DNA of 64,000 nucleotides from Parachlamydiaceae bacterium (GCA_013816265.1 JACDES010000001.1:25636-89635), one strand, 5' to 3'; positions 36,501 to 43,877 are shown, counted from the stretch's first letter. Notes: generated by a model from the sequence alone, not told the origin. Numbers and translations: made by a program.

Positions 36501-38514
36501 CAAGAGAGCTAGAACAGGCTGTATCAATAATAATGCTGGGTCCCTTAAAATTAAAAAAATAGGAGATCCGATTGGGCAAAATTGACATATGAATACCGGT
36601 CCCGAAATGAGGCTCTATAGCATTATATTCCCCTAATAACCTTCCATAATCAGATCCACTCGCACCTACAAATACCCCTGTTTCAGAGCCTGATAATACT
36701 GAAGGGGCGTAACCAGCATCTTCTAATGTATGCCAAGCAAGTTCCAATAAGATTCTTTGTTGAGGATCCATTAACTCAGCTTCTTTCCGAGAGATTCTGA
36801 AAAAGGAGGCATCAAAGGATCTGATATCATCGATAAACCCACCTTTATTAATGCCCTCAAAATCATTCATATCTCGAAAAGGCCATTGCCAACGCCCTTC
36901 AGGGAGATTCGAAATTGCCGATTTTTCTAATTTTAAAAAGTTCCAATAATCATCTAAATTGTTAATATTTGGAGGAAATCGACAAGAAAGGCCTATAATA
37001 GCAAACTCTTTCCCAGGCAATCGATGATTATCTACAACGGTTTCTTGAACTGTTTTTTCTGTTACAACATCCTTGTTGTCTTTAAGTTGATCTTTGATAT
37101 TTTCAATCACTTTTTCAGCACTGTTGTACTTAAAGAAAAATGAGCTATTAAGATTCATTCCAAAATGGAAATTGATATTTTCTTTCAATTTTAATAAATC
37201 AGCTGAATCTAAACCCATTTCCATGAGAGGAGTGCGCACCTCAAATAGCGCTTTATCTACTCCTAAAAGATCTTCTATCGTCTTTTTAATAAAAGAATCA
37301 ACATCCGCAGATTGATTTTTGTTGGCTAACGGTTGAATTTCAAATCTTTTTCTCGTTAGTAAATCATAAGAAACTAATATTCCATTTCCGCAATTTTCCT
37401 CATCCTTAGCACGATAATTTTTTACCACTCCTGCAATATCCGCTCCATGCAATTGATGGAATCTAAGAATGGGATCTAGATATTTATTACTACTATCCTT
37501 AGTTTTAATATAATCAGCGTATGTAAATTGTGGATGGCTTAAATATTCTTTACAGCGCGTGACGGCAACAACTTTCTGAATATCCGCTCTCGAACTAACT
37601 TTAAGTAGCATAAATTCTAATAGATCATCACCCAGATTTAGATGCTGTTTTTCAGGTATTATGTTAATCGCAAGCAATTGAACAAGATGACCTTCATCAT
37701 TATGCAAATTGAATACATTTTTACTTGTATGTGAACAAAGTAATTTTTCATCTATTATTTTTTGTGAATAAATAACACCAACAACCTCTTTATCTAATTC
37801 TAAAACTAATTGCCCCTCAGAAAATTTCTTAATCTGATTTCCTAATATAGTTTGGGACATCTGTAATTTTGTAGCCCAACATCTTTTTTCTAAAGTCACT
37901 AATCTTGGCAAATCTGATTCTTTAGCATAACGAATTCGATAATCTCTTTTCTCCATATAGAGTGAAGGTATTTTATCCTTATTAGATGAATATTTTTGAA
38001 AAAGGGTTTTTGGAAAAAATTGTAAATTCGCTAAATCCATTAGAAAAGTTTCAAATGTCTTTACGGATTTCGCTTTTATCTTCTTTTCTTCAGATTGGCT
38101 GACAAGGAGAAATCCATTCTTAGTAAAGAATGAAGCCCACGGTTTTAATAAGCTTTTAGGTTTTATATCATGAGTGTATGCAACTATATAAAGGATATTA
38201 TCTTTCTGAATCCCCTTTTTGAATAATTCTTCAAATATCTTAGAGGGATCAGAGTCTTTAAGATTTATTTTCAAACTGTTTTCAACAGAATGGTTATTTT
38301 TTAAGGTCTTTTTTTGGTTATTTTCTGATTGTGCTAGAAATACTGGAAATGTGTTTAGAACTTTGCCTCTGCAAGTTTTATCCTTAATAAATTCATATAT
38401 CACATTTAAATCATTCTCACTTGAATTACTCAAATTTAATAAGCACGTCGGCTGTTGTGAGTAGAGTTGGTTATCAAAAATTGATAATAAATAGTTTTCT
38501 AATGAAATATCCAT
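27538..38514 (-). CDS. Trans-AT PKS subunit 1 (loading): X-GNAT-ACP | KS-KR-ACP | KS-KR-ACP | KS-ACP-ACP
   Basis: 3658-aa ORF.
- GNAT ~aa 193-385.
- ACP Ser437 'MGLDSADL' (37204-37206).
- KS Cys667 'DTACSSS' (36514-36516), 'EAHGTGTKLGD', 'NMGHLE'.
- KR 'VIGGAGGIGEKW' (~34590).
- ACP Ser1601 'YGIDSIL' (33712-33714).
- KS Cys1856 'DTMCSSS' (32947-32949).
- KR 'ITGGCGGLG' (~31000).
- ACP Ser2777 'LGFDSISL' (30184-30186).
- KS Cys3013 'NTSCSSG' (29476-29478).
- Tandem ACPs Ser3495 (28030-28032) and Ser3588 (27751-27753), 'LGLDSIIGVEW'.
No AT, DH, ER or TE motif. Confidence 0.95.
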   Translation of the reverse strand: MDISLENYLLSIFDNQLYSQQPTCLLNLSNSSENDLNVIYEFIKDKTCRGKVLNTFPVFLAQSENNQKKTLKNNHSVENSLKINLKDSDPSKIFEELFKKGIQKDNILYIVAYTHDIKPKSLLKPWASFFTKNGFLLVSQSEEKKIKAKSVKTFETFLMDLANLQFFPKTLFQKYSSNKDKIPSLYMEKRDYRIRYAKESDLPRLVTLEKRCWATKLQMSQTILGNQIKKFSEGQLVLELDKEVVGVIYSQKIIDEKLLCSHTSKNVFNLHNDEGHLVQLLAINIIPEKQHLNLGDDLLEFMLLKVSSRADIQKVVAVTRCKEYLSHPQFTYADYIKTKDSSNKYLDPILRFHQLHGADIAGVVKNYRAKDEENCGNGILVSYDLLTRKRFEIQPLANKNQSADVDSFIKKTIEDLLGVDKALFEVRTPLMEMGLDSADLLKLKENINFHFGMNLNSSFFFKYNSAEKVIENIKDQLKDNKDVVTEKTVQETVVDNHRLPGKEFAIIGLSCRFPPNINNLDDYWNFLKLEKSAISNLPEGRWQWPFRDMNDFEGINKGGFIDDIRSFDASFFRISRKEAELMDPQQRILLELAWHTLEDAGYAPSVLSGSETGVFVGASGSDYGRLLGEYNAIEPHFGTGIHMSILPNRISYFFNFKGPSIIIDTACSSSLVAIHEAIKSIESGDCKQALVGGINIMCHPLYSILYYKSGMLAKDGKCKTFDADANGYVRSEGAAMLLLKPLEDAIRAKDSIYAIIKGSAINHGGVASGLTVPNPESQSNLVIKAFQNANVSPSSIGYIEAHGTGTKLGDPIEVQGLKEAFAKFGRIGDTNWCGLGSVKSNMGHLEAVAGLAGLFKVIKCLQTKEIPATINYHKLNPNIQLENSPFYITATHQKWTSIQEGVPLRAGLSSFGCGGANAHTILEEYKREQKDKVSLPANIFIVSAKNQESLKRSIINLYENLLKLKDKSGDEENLLSDICYTLQIGREPFSFRFGLIISNFEDLLSQLSRHDKINERICKISDVKKDLDVADFDRLVNDKNFEAILNSWLGGSQVDWRRLYKEITPSRINLPGYVFNKEQYWIIEHKQSEVMKYNAFLPKWDTIEIQKIASDLNQKDHIAVICDSNKIWNQICSTFPKAKRISLDGINDLSLINIDQIIWIAPPTNFGVLDDRIIEEQDKGVIQLFNLIKTLSSLGQLNRNIGFTIVTERAQQVLKQERINPTHSSVHGFFGSMAKEFPNFSVRLIDVDDLEKFAWHHLYNIPFSTDGNTRCFRNGSWYQLALQPLSFSKTNAPLYKKEGVYVVIGGAGGIGEKWSEYMIRHYNAKIVWIGRREKNTEIENKIKHLSLLGCEPLYFSGNANDPSVLNQIYIKIKEVYPHIDGVVHSAIGILDNSIINTDVQRFKEGLSAKIDLSVRMAQVFSQEPLDFLLYFSSIVALTKDHGKCSYAAGSVFEDAFAYQLSSELNCKVAVVNWGFWGDIGVGANIPISFKNRLSVAGIGAIEPQEAFETLDLFLRSEFNQMVYAKMDNPLALGLPLFDSTNKKIQIMDQMDVVQNNSENINQVRYAEQLTQYLKNILSQVLKISTQKIDVNENLESYGIDSILISQMTKLIKKNFENITTTIFFECKTLNELVQHMIKHQGHVLSKLFGETENKNETKNTIDIMREPQKIISSTCHRKENEPIAIIGLAGRYPKAKNLAEFWENLKAGKECANEIPNDRWSLEGFYESNKSKAIEEGKSYSKWGAFIDDFADFDPLFFNISPKDAMAMDPQERIFLQSCWEALEDAGYTREKLEKNYNREVGVFAGITKLGYNLYGPELWKSGKKVYPRTSFSSLANRVSYFLNLSGPSLPIDTMCSSSLAAIHEACESIRHGRCQMAFAGGVNLYLHPFTYVELCFLHMLSEDGKCKSFGQNGDGFVPGEGVGVVLLKPLSRAILDKDHIYGVIKSTNINHGGKTNGYTVPSPQAQSNLLQKALEEAKIDSNQLSYIEAHGTGTALGDPIEFSSITQALKNSSKEIKSCALGSIKPNIGHLESAAGIAGLTKVLLQMKNNQLVPSLNAKALNSNIDFRSSPLYVQQDLTSWPRPIETKDGRLCISPRAACVLSFGAGGSNACVVVEEFITTEESARLPSSPVIIVISAKSKERLIESAKLLAQSIEKSHFNDNQLLDIAYTLQTGREAMECRVAMIVGSIEELKNKLNEIVFQAGANAEGIYYGDLHGSKEIFKNLTSDADGAYLLQSWIIKKKFHKLCEMWVNGVGVDWEQLYENDLPRKMSLPTYPFAKERYWIRDIIENNDVKVDVPGNSLKTFEEYWEPVQLVSSKRIGNIVCLGLSENKKETVLNQLNKLAPDCNVHFASDENKLKKISQKIKVDTIWYFGPLEKKNLRKEYGHLVHLLQCINRLNISGSLLIPFEGDPLEMCYGYSWIGFEKSLGLVLSNLKIAMVYDLNKIDLSEWVSRLWAACRLEKIESLVFKEEQANHLALRPYELKPAPSLLRKNGTYLITGGCGGLGLLFAEYITKKVGNVNLILSGRSQIDQKKNKKIQHLEALGANVQYLQADVSQLDRMKEEIKKAKNRFGEINGVLHVAGLQGRRNLLDKDLSEFEEIISSKVQGTQVLDELLKDESPEFVCYFSSTAAILGDFGSCDYAVGNRFQMAYTDYRNATKRTGKTVVINWPLWKEGGMGLEDDQSTHLYLKTSGQRLLEVDEGTSHFDTLLSQKNTQFLVVAGAEDQIHFLEQTHDVEQKLSKDLKNHISQIISIQTEKINEEANLADLGFDSISLTALAHQLGRFYNISLTPSIFFTYATIKKVKKYLLTNHTKTLENYYRVKVATPKIESQKEIQPIQTPNESIAIIGMSGRFPGARNIEEFWQILIEGKETITEIPSDRFDWTQYYGDAANDPFKTNSKWIGSIPGVREFDNTFFGISPKESKMLDPRQRLLLQEGWKALEDAGYGKKDFVGQKIGVYIGVEQGDYQSLNKENESNITSNHEGILASRLSYFLNLDGPVLAINTSCSSGLVAVHQACSSLLTGECDAAIAGGVSLSLSPEIFVAMAQAGMLSDDGKCYTFDQKANGLVPGEAVATVVLKKLSRAIVDKDPIYAIIKASGMNYDGKTNGITAPSGEAQTKLIKSTYEKNHIKPEQIEYIVTHGTGTKLGDPVEVNALIDAFNNKGRCAMTSTKTNFGHTFAASGVVNLICLALSLYHKKIPKSLNYDKGNEYINWKDSPFYVNESIQEWDKPQRLGAVSAFGMSGTNVHMVLENYDQELPIEKHAYYLILLSAKSEKSLEDKTNELIDYLEDEEDLSSISYTLIEGRQHFEYRKAVVATNKKELIEKLNKKGIKTDKKEEEIFIQQETEKEFKRIAELYCQGYTPRCKEKHQKIHVPTYPFERNEFWIVSGNKSIPKHILNEFSNVAPLKITLENVRNDQVESKITKERLPISLKPTSNEINIVKSFKIDDKENDQIKETITLSLATFLDMPIDRLDLDARFIDLGLDSIIGVEWLRSINKQYNLNLQATKVYDYPTINELSVFIQKELGKNTISSPPQDLRFDSENTEVETFLMESLAILLDLRKEHIHAENSFIDIGLDSIIGVEWVRVINRKYNVGIQATKVYDYPNIKSFAQYLSEMLEKSAQGSLKEILQKVQLGILDIEVADQLIK
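27634..28140 (-). other. Tandem ACP didomain with beta-branching Trp flag (end of PKS subunit 1)
   Basis: 'FIDLGLDSIIGVEWLRSINKQY' and 'FIDIGLDSIIGVEWVRVINRKY'. Confidence 0.7.
37360..37938 (-). other. GNAT-type loading domain (CurA/PedI-like decarboxylating acetyl loader)
   Basis: 'RIRYAKESDLPRLVTLEKRCW...VVGVIYSQ...LVQLLAINIIPEKQHLNLGDDLLEFML...DPILRFHQLHGA', followed directly by an ACP and then the first KS. It is preceded by ~190 aa of unassigned (adaptor-like) sequence. Confidence 0.7.
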
Positions 38515-38538
38515 ACATGTATCAGTGGTATATGTTTT

Positions 38539-39279
38539 TTACTGTCCAAATAACGTTTCTATACGATGTTTTACTTCCTGTTGACTAAAGGACAAACGAT
38601 GCATTTCTAATTCTTGTTCAATTATTTTTGGGATCTCTTCTCTAATTTGGCGCGTTAAATGTTTCTTTAGAATGATAAGTGAATCCCGAGGCTTTCTTGC
38701 TATCTCTTCAGCACAGGTAAGTGCCTTTGCGATGACCTCTTTTTTCTTTAATATTTCTAAGGGTACTCCTAGATTTTTCAATACACCACCTTGATAATTT
38801 TTTGCTGTAAAGAGCATCTCATGTCCTATGGATTCGCCAAATTTTTTGGGGATTGTATATGTTGCTCCCATTCCTGGTGTAAACCCATACTTCATGAAAT
38901 TTGTACTGTAAATACTTTCTTCAGCCAATAAAATTATATCTGCAAAGCATCCAAGCGCCAACCCACCTCCAATAGCATGTCCTTGCATAGCTGCAATAGT
39001 AGGCACTGGACAATCCAACAGTAATCGATAAAAATTCAAATCTACAAAAGTGATTTTTCCATCGAATATTTTTAATAACTCCTCTTGAGTGCCTCCACAA
39101 CAAAAATAATTATCATATCCATGTATCACAACAACTTTGATTCTTGAGTCTGTTTCAATAGCTTTAAATGTTTCAATTAGACCTTTAATTAAGGAATGGG
39201 AAAATGTATTTCGCGCTTCTTTATCAGCTAACTGAACAATAGCAACCCCTTCAGTAATTTCCAACGTTACAGCATTCAT
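38539..39279 (-). CDS. Enoyl-CoA hydratase family protein, second ECH2-type paralog
   Basis: 246-aa ORF with 'YFCCGGTQEEL', 'MQGHAIGGGLALGCFADI' and 'NFMKYGFTPGMGAT'. It is clearly paralogous to 576-1325. Its start overlaps the stop of the upstream KS gene by 4 nt (39276-39279). Confidence 0.8.
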   Translation of the reverse strand: MNAVTLEITEGVAIVQLADKEARNTFSHSLIKGLIETFKAIETDSRIKVVVIHGYDNYFCCGGTQEELLKIFDGKITFVDLNFYRLLLDCPVPTIAAMQGHAIGGGLALGCFADIILLAEESIYSTNFMKYGFTPGMGATYTIPKKFGESIGHEMLFTAKNYQGGVLKNLGVPLEILKKKEVIAKALTCAEEIARKPRDSLIILKKHLTRQIREEIPKIIEQELEMHRLSFSQQEVKHRIETLFGQ

Positions 39280-40550
39280 TTACTACCCTTTATTTTAGAG
39301 AATAATACACTGGAATTTATCCCACCGAACCCAAAAGAGTTACTTATAGCATGATTTATTGTTAACGATTGACTTTGGTTACATACAAAATTACAATCTT
39401 GACAGATAGGTGTTTGTAAATTCAATGAAGGATGAACAAAAGATTGTTTCATTTGTAGGATTGTTGCGATAGCCTCCACAATTCCACCAGACCATAGACA
39501 ATGTCCAGTAATGCTTTTAGTGGAATTTAAAGCAACTTTTTTTGCACAAGGTCCAAAAACCTGTTTAATCGCTTCTATCTCAGTTTCATCTCCTATAACT
39601 GAACTGGAACCATGCGTATTGATATATTGAATTTGATTGGGTAAAATACCTCCATTATGCATTGCTGAGTTCATAACAAACATTTCCCCCTCAAGATTTG
39701 GAGAAGATCCTCGATATCCATCTAATTTCATTGAAACGCCTGAAATTGCAATGGTATCTTCATTCGAATGGTTTTTTCTGCCATGTGACGCTTCTAAAGT
39801 TATACACCCGCTAGCTTGGCCCCAAATGAACCCATTGTGATCTTTATCGAAAGGTCTGCAAGCTTGCGAAGGGATCTTTTTATAACTATCTCCTCCCAAA
39901 GCACCTATTTGGTGAAACCCTTGCAATTCCAATGGAGATAAATCGGCTAATGCTCCTACAACCAAACATATATCAAGAATACCATGTTTTATCATCCTGT
40001 AGGCATTGATCAAGGCTAAATTTCCACTCGCTGAAGCTCCGCCAATTGTAAATCCTTCTCCATGAATCTCAAAAATTTCACTCAATGTCCCCACATGATC
40101 CGTATCCATGAATCGAATTGCATAATTTGGATTTAGATACGTTGGTTCTCTTTTGAAGGCTTCATTTGAAACATATTGATATCTTTGTGAAATATTCTGT
40201 CCTGCTACAACGATTCCAATTCTCTGTTTATTAATGTTCCTCTCATGAATTTTACTTTCTCTCCATGCTCCTAACGCAGCTATGATGGCAGTTTGTATTG
40301 TCAGTGGAGCTCTATTTCCAGCTTTTTTAGCATGTATTATTAATTCTCTAGGTAAATCGGAATAATCTTCAAGAGATGACTCAAACGAGAAGTCACTAAG
40401 CCCTGCTACGATTACGGGGAATGACAATTCTGGAAAATCTTGGCTACAAATGAAATGACTTTTTCCATTAAATAAAGAATCGTTAAAAGATGATAGAGAA
40501 TGTCCTGCTGAACTAACAATACCCATTCCTGAAACTGATACAGAGACCAT
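39276..40550 (-). CDS. Free-standing decarboxylating ketosynthase (KS-S/KS0 of the beta-branching cassette, PksF/CurC-like)
   Basis: The track ORF runs to GTG 40592. ATG at 40550 gives a typical KS N-terminus, 'MVSVSVSGMGIVSSAG'. The active-site Cys is replaced by Ser: 'FTIGGASASGNLA' aligns to the FabF 'IATACTSG' pattern. Both His motifs are retained ('NTHGSSSVIGD', 'KSITGHCLWSGG'). Confidence 0.8.
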   Translation of the reverse strand: MVSVSVSGMGIVSSAGHSLSSFNDSLFNGKSHFICSQDFPELSFPVIVAGLSDFSFESSLEDYSDLPRELIIHAKKAGNRAPLTIQTAIIAALGAWRESKIHERNINKQRIGIVVAGQNISQRYQYVSNEAFKREPTYLNPNYAIRFMDTDHVGTLSEIFEIHGEGFTIGGASASGNLALINAYRMIKHGILDICLVVGALADLSPLELQGFHQIGALGGDSYKKIPSQACRPFDKDHNGFIWGQASGCITLEASHGRKNHSNEDTIAISGVSMKLDGYRGSSPNLEGEMFVMNSAMHNGGILPNQIQYINTHGSSSVIGDETEIEAIKQVFGPCAKKVALNSTKSITGHCLWSGGIVEAIATILQMKQSFVHPSLNLQTPICQDCNFVCNQSQSLTINHAISNSFGFGGINSSVLFSKIKGSK

Positions 40551-40592
40551 AAATTGTAACGCCTTCTGCACGAATTGTATACCACAGCCCAC

Positions 40593-40965
40593 TGAATACT
40601 TTGAACCGCGCCAAAACCTCAGGATCCGATGATCTATTACAGATCCATATTTCTAATATTGACCTATTTATGATCATCGTAGCGCGAGGATTTTCGTGGT
40701 GGTTGAAATCCAAGTATTAAAGGGGCTGTTGTGTAATAAACGCAAATTAAAAAAATTTTCTAATAAAACCCTTTTAATTTTGCTAAATTGGGGTTCATTT
40801 TAACCAATTTATAGTATTAAAAATCAAGAAAATTAAAAAATTTCTATAGCATTTTTTTACTTCGATAAGTAAAATTTTTTAAATAAATTGTTTCAAACGG
40901 CCTGTGGTATAAAATCTTTGCGCTAGGAAATTCATTTAATATTATCAGAAATCAACAAGGAAATA
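40593..40965. promoter_or_regulatory. Divergent AT-rich intergenic region between the PKS operon and the acyltransferase/P450 genes, with a candidate sigma70-like promoter for the plus-strand genes
   Basis: TTGTTT (40888-40893), a 16-nt spacer, then TAAAAT (40910-40915). SD-like AAGGAA at 40957-40962 precedes ATG 40966. The PKS-side promoter was not pinpointed. Confidence 0.3.
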
Positions 40966-42438
40966 ATGCAGAAAAATCTAGTAATATTATTTTTAGTGAT
41001 CACATTCATAAGCATGAGTATTATGGAGATTTTTTCTAATGTCCCTTTATCAAAGAAACCCCATTTGGAGACTTTTATGCAATCTTCAACTTTACAGTTC
41101 GAGCTCAATGAAAACCAAACAATTGCTTATTTTTATCCTCCTGAAGAAAAATGGGAAAAAAAGTTAAATGGATTTGAACATTTCTATTCTACAATGTTTC
41201 CAGTAGCTGCATTTTATTTTCAAGGGGAGATTCAAATAGATCGTTTTATTGATGCTATGGCAAAAACTCTAGAAGATTTTCCGATGATGTTTGCCCGTTT
41301 AAGGACAACTTCCGATGGATCTTATGCAGAATTTTCTGGTTTTAAAAATGATAAAGAAAAATATAAGATTCAACTTGAAATTTCTGAGCAAAATGTTAAT
41401 GTAGAAGAAGGAATATTAGAAAATATACTACCTAATTATGTCGATCAAAAAATAAAACAAGGTATAGTCGATGATACGAATAATTTACCAATGGGTGCAT
41501 TCAGAATAACCAAATTTGAAAACGGATTCTCTCTTGGCTATTATATTAATCATGCCTTTTTCGATCAGTCAAGCATTTTGTATTTTTTTAAATATTTATC
41601 CGATATTTATACAAATGGTACGACAACTCATCCAAAGCCATTTCTTATTGATGTTGCAACTCTTAAACCCAAAATACCTCCAAGCTTTAAAAATCTTACT
41701 GAAATTCGTGATTACAGCAAAACAGTAGGAATGCGTTATGTAAATGATATCAACGAACTATATCAATTATTAACGACGCCCTATCCTGGAACTATTTTTA
41801 ATTTGGTATTTAACCGAGATCAATTAGAAAAATTTCGCAATGAAAATGATTTAAAAGTCTCTGCAAACGATATCATTCAAGCCGTTTTGTTTAAAATTTA
41901 TTCCTATGACAAAAATTTGACAGATGAAGACAACATTTACTTTGCTTTTCCCTGCAATCTGAAAAAGCGTTGTGGATTCAATGAAAATGGGATTGGTAAC
42001 GTCATTACAGGTTGTCAATCATTTTTTCGCGTAGGAGACTTACGTAACGCGAGTCTTACAGAACTAGCTAAAAAAAGTCGTGAACGCGTAGATCAAATAA
42101 ATACCGAAACTTTTAAAGAAAATCTTGTTTGGTTTGAAAGCTTATTATCAATGGGTGAATCACCTCAAAAATATCTTCCAACAGCCTTTTTTGAACCATT
42201 GTATTTTGGAGCTAGCAATTGGGCTTCGTTTAATTATGAAACCGTCAATTTCGACGATAATACTCCATTCGCTTTAAAAACCACTTCAATACCTACTCTT
42301 GGAATAAGCATCATTTGTTTTTCCGGGGGAAAGGAACTTGAATACACTCTTTCAATTGCTGTCCCTCATAACAGCACAGATTCATTATACCTTCTGGAGA
42401 AAACATCTCATTTATTTTCTATTAATCTTGAAAAATAA
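40966..42438 (+). CDS. HXXXD-motif acyltransferase (BAHD/condensation-superfamily-like) with N-terminal hydrophobic segment
   Basis: 490-aa ORF. 'YYINHAFFDQSS' carries the HxxxD motif (~41551-41565). The C-terminal 'FGASNWASFNYETVNFDDNTPF' resembles the BAHD '..SW..f.fye.DFGWGkP' block. N-terminal 'LVILFLVITFISMSIMEIF'. It is a paralog of 43878-45752. Confidence 0.6.
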   Translation: MQKNLVILFLVITFISMSIMEIFSNVPLSKKPHLETFMQSSTLQFELNENQTIAYFYPPEEKWEKKLNGFEHFYSTMFPVAAFYFQGEIQIDRFIDAMAKTLEDFPMMFARLRTTSDGSYAEFSGFKNDKEKYKIQLEISEQNVNVEEGILENILPNYVDQKIKQGIVDDTNNLPMGAFRITKFENGFSLGYYINHAFFDQSSILYFFKYLSDIYTNGTTTHPKPFLIDVATLKPKIPPSFKNLTEIRDYSKTVGMRYVNDINELYQLLTTPYPGTIFNLVFNRDQLEKFRNENDLKVSANDIIQAVLFKIYSYDKNLTDEDNIYFAFPCNLKKRCGFNENGIGNVITGCQSFFRVGDLRNASLTELAKKSRERVDQINTETFKENLVWFESLLSMGESPQKYLPTAFFEPLYFGASNWASFNYETVNFDDNTPFALKTTSIPTLGISIICFSGGKELEYTLSIAVPHNSTDSLYLLEKTSHLFSINLEK

Positions 42439-42520
42439 TATCTGTGTATGTAATCTTTTTTTGAAGATGTTTGTTTGAGTTTTTTATAGAATTGCTTTTA
42501 CCAGCAACCACAGGATTATT

Positions 42521-43870
42521 ATGACAAAAACTTTAGAAGATCCCATCGTCTCCCTTCCTTTGCCTCCTGCTGTTCGTGGTTGGCCACTCATTGGTAATTT
42601 GCTGAGCTTTCAGTCAGATCCTGGGGCATTTCTGATGAATAATTATGAAAAATTCGGTCCTGTTTTTACCGTCCAACTAGGTCCAAAGCGTATTGCAGTA
42701 CTCATCGGCAAAGAAAACAATCAATTTTTCTTCAATATGACGGATAAACTATTCTCCCTTCAAGAAGTTTATCAGTGTATGTGTCCCATTTTTGGTAGTT
42801 TAGATTATACCTTGGGAGCACCACGTGACAAATATCAAGAACAGAGAAAAACAAGCCTCGCCTTTTTCACAACGAATAGAATGCCTTATTACTTCGATTC
42901 TATGGTAAAAGAAACGACCGATTGGGTTAGCAAGCTCGGTCCTGAAGGCCAGTTTGATATGTGTCATACTTTTGGAGTATTATTGATGCAGATAGCCTCC
43001 AGAGCTTTTGTAAGCACAGAATTTCGCGAACTTATGGGGGATGAGTTTAGAAAGCAATACGAACATATTGCTGCAGGTATCGACTTTTTTCTCCCACCAA
43101 GCCTTCCCCTCCCCCGCTTCTACCGACGTGACGCAGCCCGAAAAAAATTGCTCGCAATGATTTGCTCTTTTATTCAACGTCATAGATCCTCAGGCTACAA
43201 AAATGATGATACCTTGCATTTCATGATAAATTTAAAGGAAAGCGGGTTTTCTCTAACAGATGAGGCACTCGCAGGAATTGTCTTGAAGCTAGTCTTTGCA
43301 GGTCAAGAAAATACGCATTCACTGCTTACATGGGGATTAATTCAACTTTTGCAAGATCGTGATTATCTAAATGAAGTTTTCGCTGAACAAACCGAAATTT
43401 TCAAATCAGACAATACCTTCACGGAAGAAAAACTGAAAATGATGGATAAACTCACCCTTGCACTTAAGGAAACTGAACGTTTGAGACCCGTTACAACAGC
43501 ATTGCTACGTTATAATATTGAAAGCTACGAAAGAGGTGGTTACCAAATCCCCAAAGGATGGATGACAATGATATCTCCATTCGTCACGCATCGTATGCCT
43601 GAAATTTTTCCGAATCCTAATAAATATGATCCAATGCGCTTTTCACCTGCACGTGATCCTAATAAAACGGCACATAATACATTATGCGCTTTTGGTGGAG
43701 GAATCCATAAATGTTTTGGTATGAACCTTGCTTATATGGACATGAAAGTTATTATCTCAATTTTACTTAGACATTATGAACTTGAGCTCGTCACCAAAGA
43801 TCCAAAACTTAAGAAGGGCTTGGTGTACGTGCCACAAGGTCCTTGTATAGTAAAATATAAGCGACGCTAA
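42521..43870 (+). CDS. Cytochrome P450, CYP51-like fold
   Basis: 449-aa ORF, AGGA 6 nt upstream.
- Heme loop 'FGGGIHKCFG' (~43695-43720).
- I-helix 'VFAGQENTHS'.
- ExxR 'ETERLRP'.
- N-terminus 'LPPAVRGWPLIGNLLSFQSDPGAFLMNNYEKFGPVFTVQL'.
- 'LPLPRFYRRDAARKKL' and a C-terminus 'GPCIVKYKRR'.
These align in my memory with M. tuberculosis CYP51 ('...SFRRRDEARNGL', '...PACVRYRRR'). Confidence 0.8.
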   Translation: MTKTLEDPIVSLPLPPAVRGWPLIGNLLSFQSDPGAFLMNNYEKFGPVFTVQLGPKRIAVLIGKENNQFFFNMTDKLFSLQEVYQCMCPIFGSLDYTLGAPRDKYQEQRKTSLAFFTTNRMPYYFDSMVKETTDWVSKLGPEGQFDMCHTFGVLLMQIASRAFVSTEFRELMGDEFRKQYEHIAAGIDFFLPPSLPLPRFYRRDAARKKLLAMICSFIQRHRSSGYKNDDTLHFMINLKESGFSLTDEALAGIVLKLVFAGQENTHSLLTWGLIQLLQDRDYLNEVFAEQTEIFKSDNTFTEEKLKMMDKLTLALKETERLRPVTTALLRYNIESYERGGYQIPKGWMTMISPFVTHRMPEIFPNPNKYDPMRFSPARDPNKTAHNTLCAFGGGIHKCFGMNLAYMDMKVIISILLRHYELELVTKDPKLKKGLVYVPQGPCIVKYKRR

Positions 43871-43877
43871 ATTATTA

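Noticed and set aside
709-38464. About 30 plus-strand ORFs of 60-153 aa lying inside the minus-strand PKS, ECH and HMGS genes (for example 709-1101, 29593-30054, 20593-20898, 24016-24321).
   Set aside because: They are antisense shadow ORFs within long, motif-validated coding regions. Their translations are low-complexity (Ser/Leu/Phe/Ile-rich) with no motifs.
16080-38514. I searched the megasynthases for AT (GHSxG), TE (GxSxG near a C-terminus), and NRPS C/A domains (HHxxxDG, SGTTGxPKG).
   Set aside because: None was found. 'VGHSFAASG' and similar strings are the KS C-terminal His motif, not AT. I therefore call these trans-AT and purely PKS within this window.
40513-40713. A 66-aa minus-strand ORF overlapping the 5' end of the KS-S gene, and a 60-aa ORF at 38921-39103 inside ECH2.
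   Set aside because: They are in alternative frames of validated genes or promoter DNA, and have no motif or SD site.
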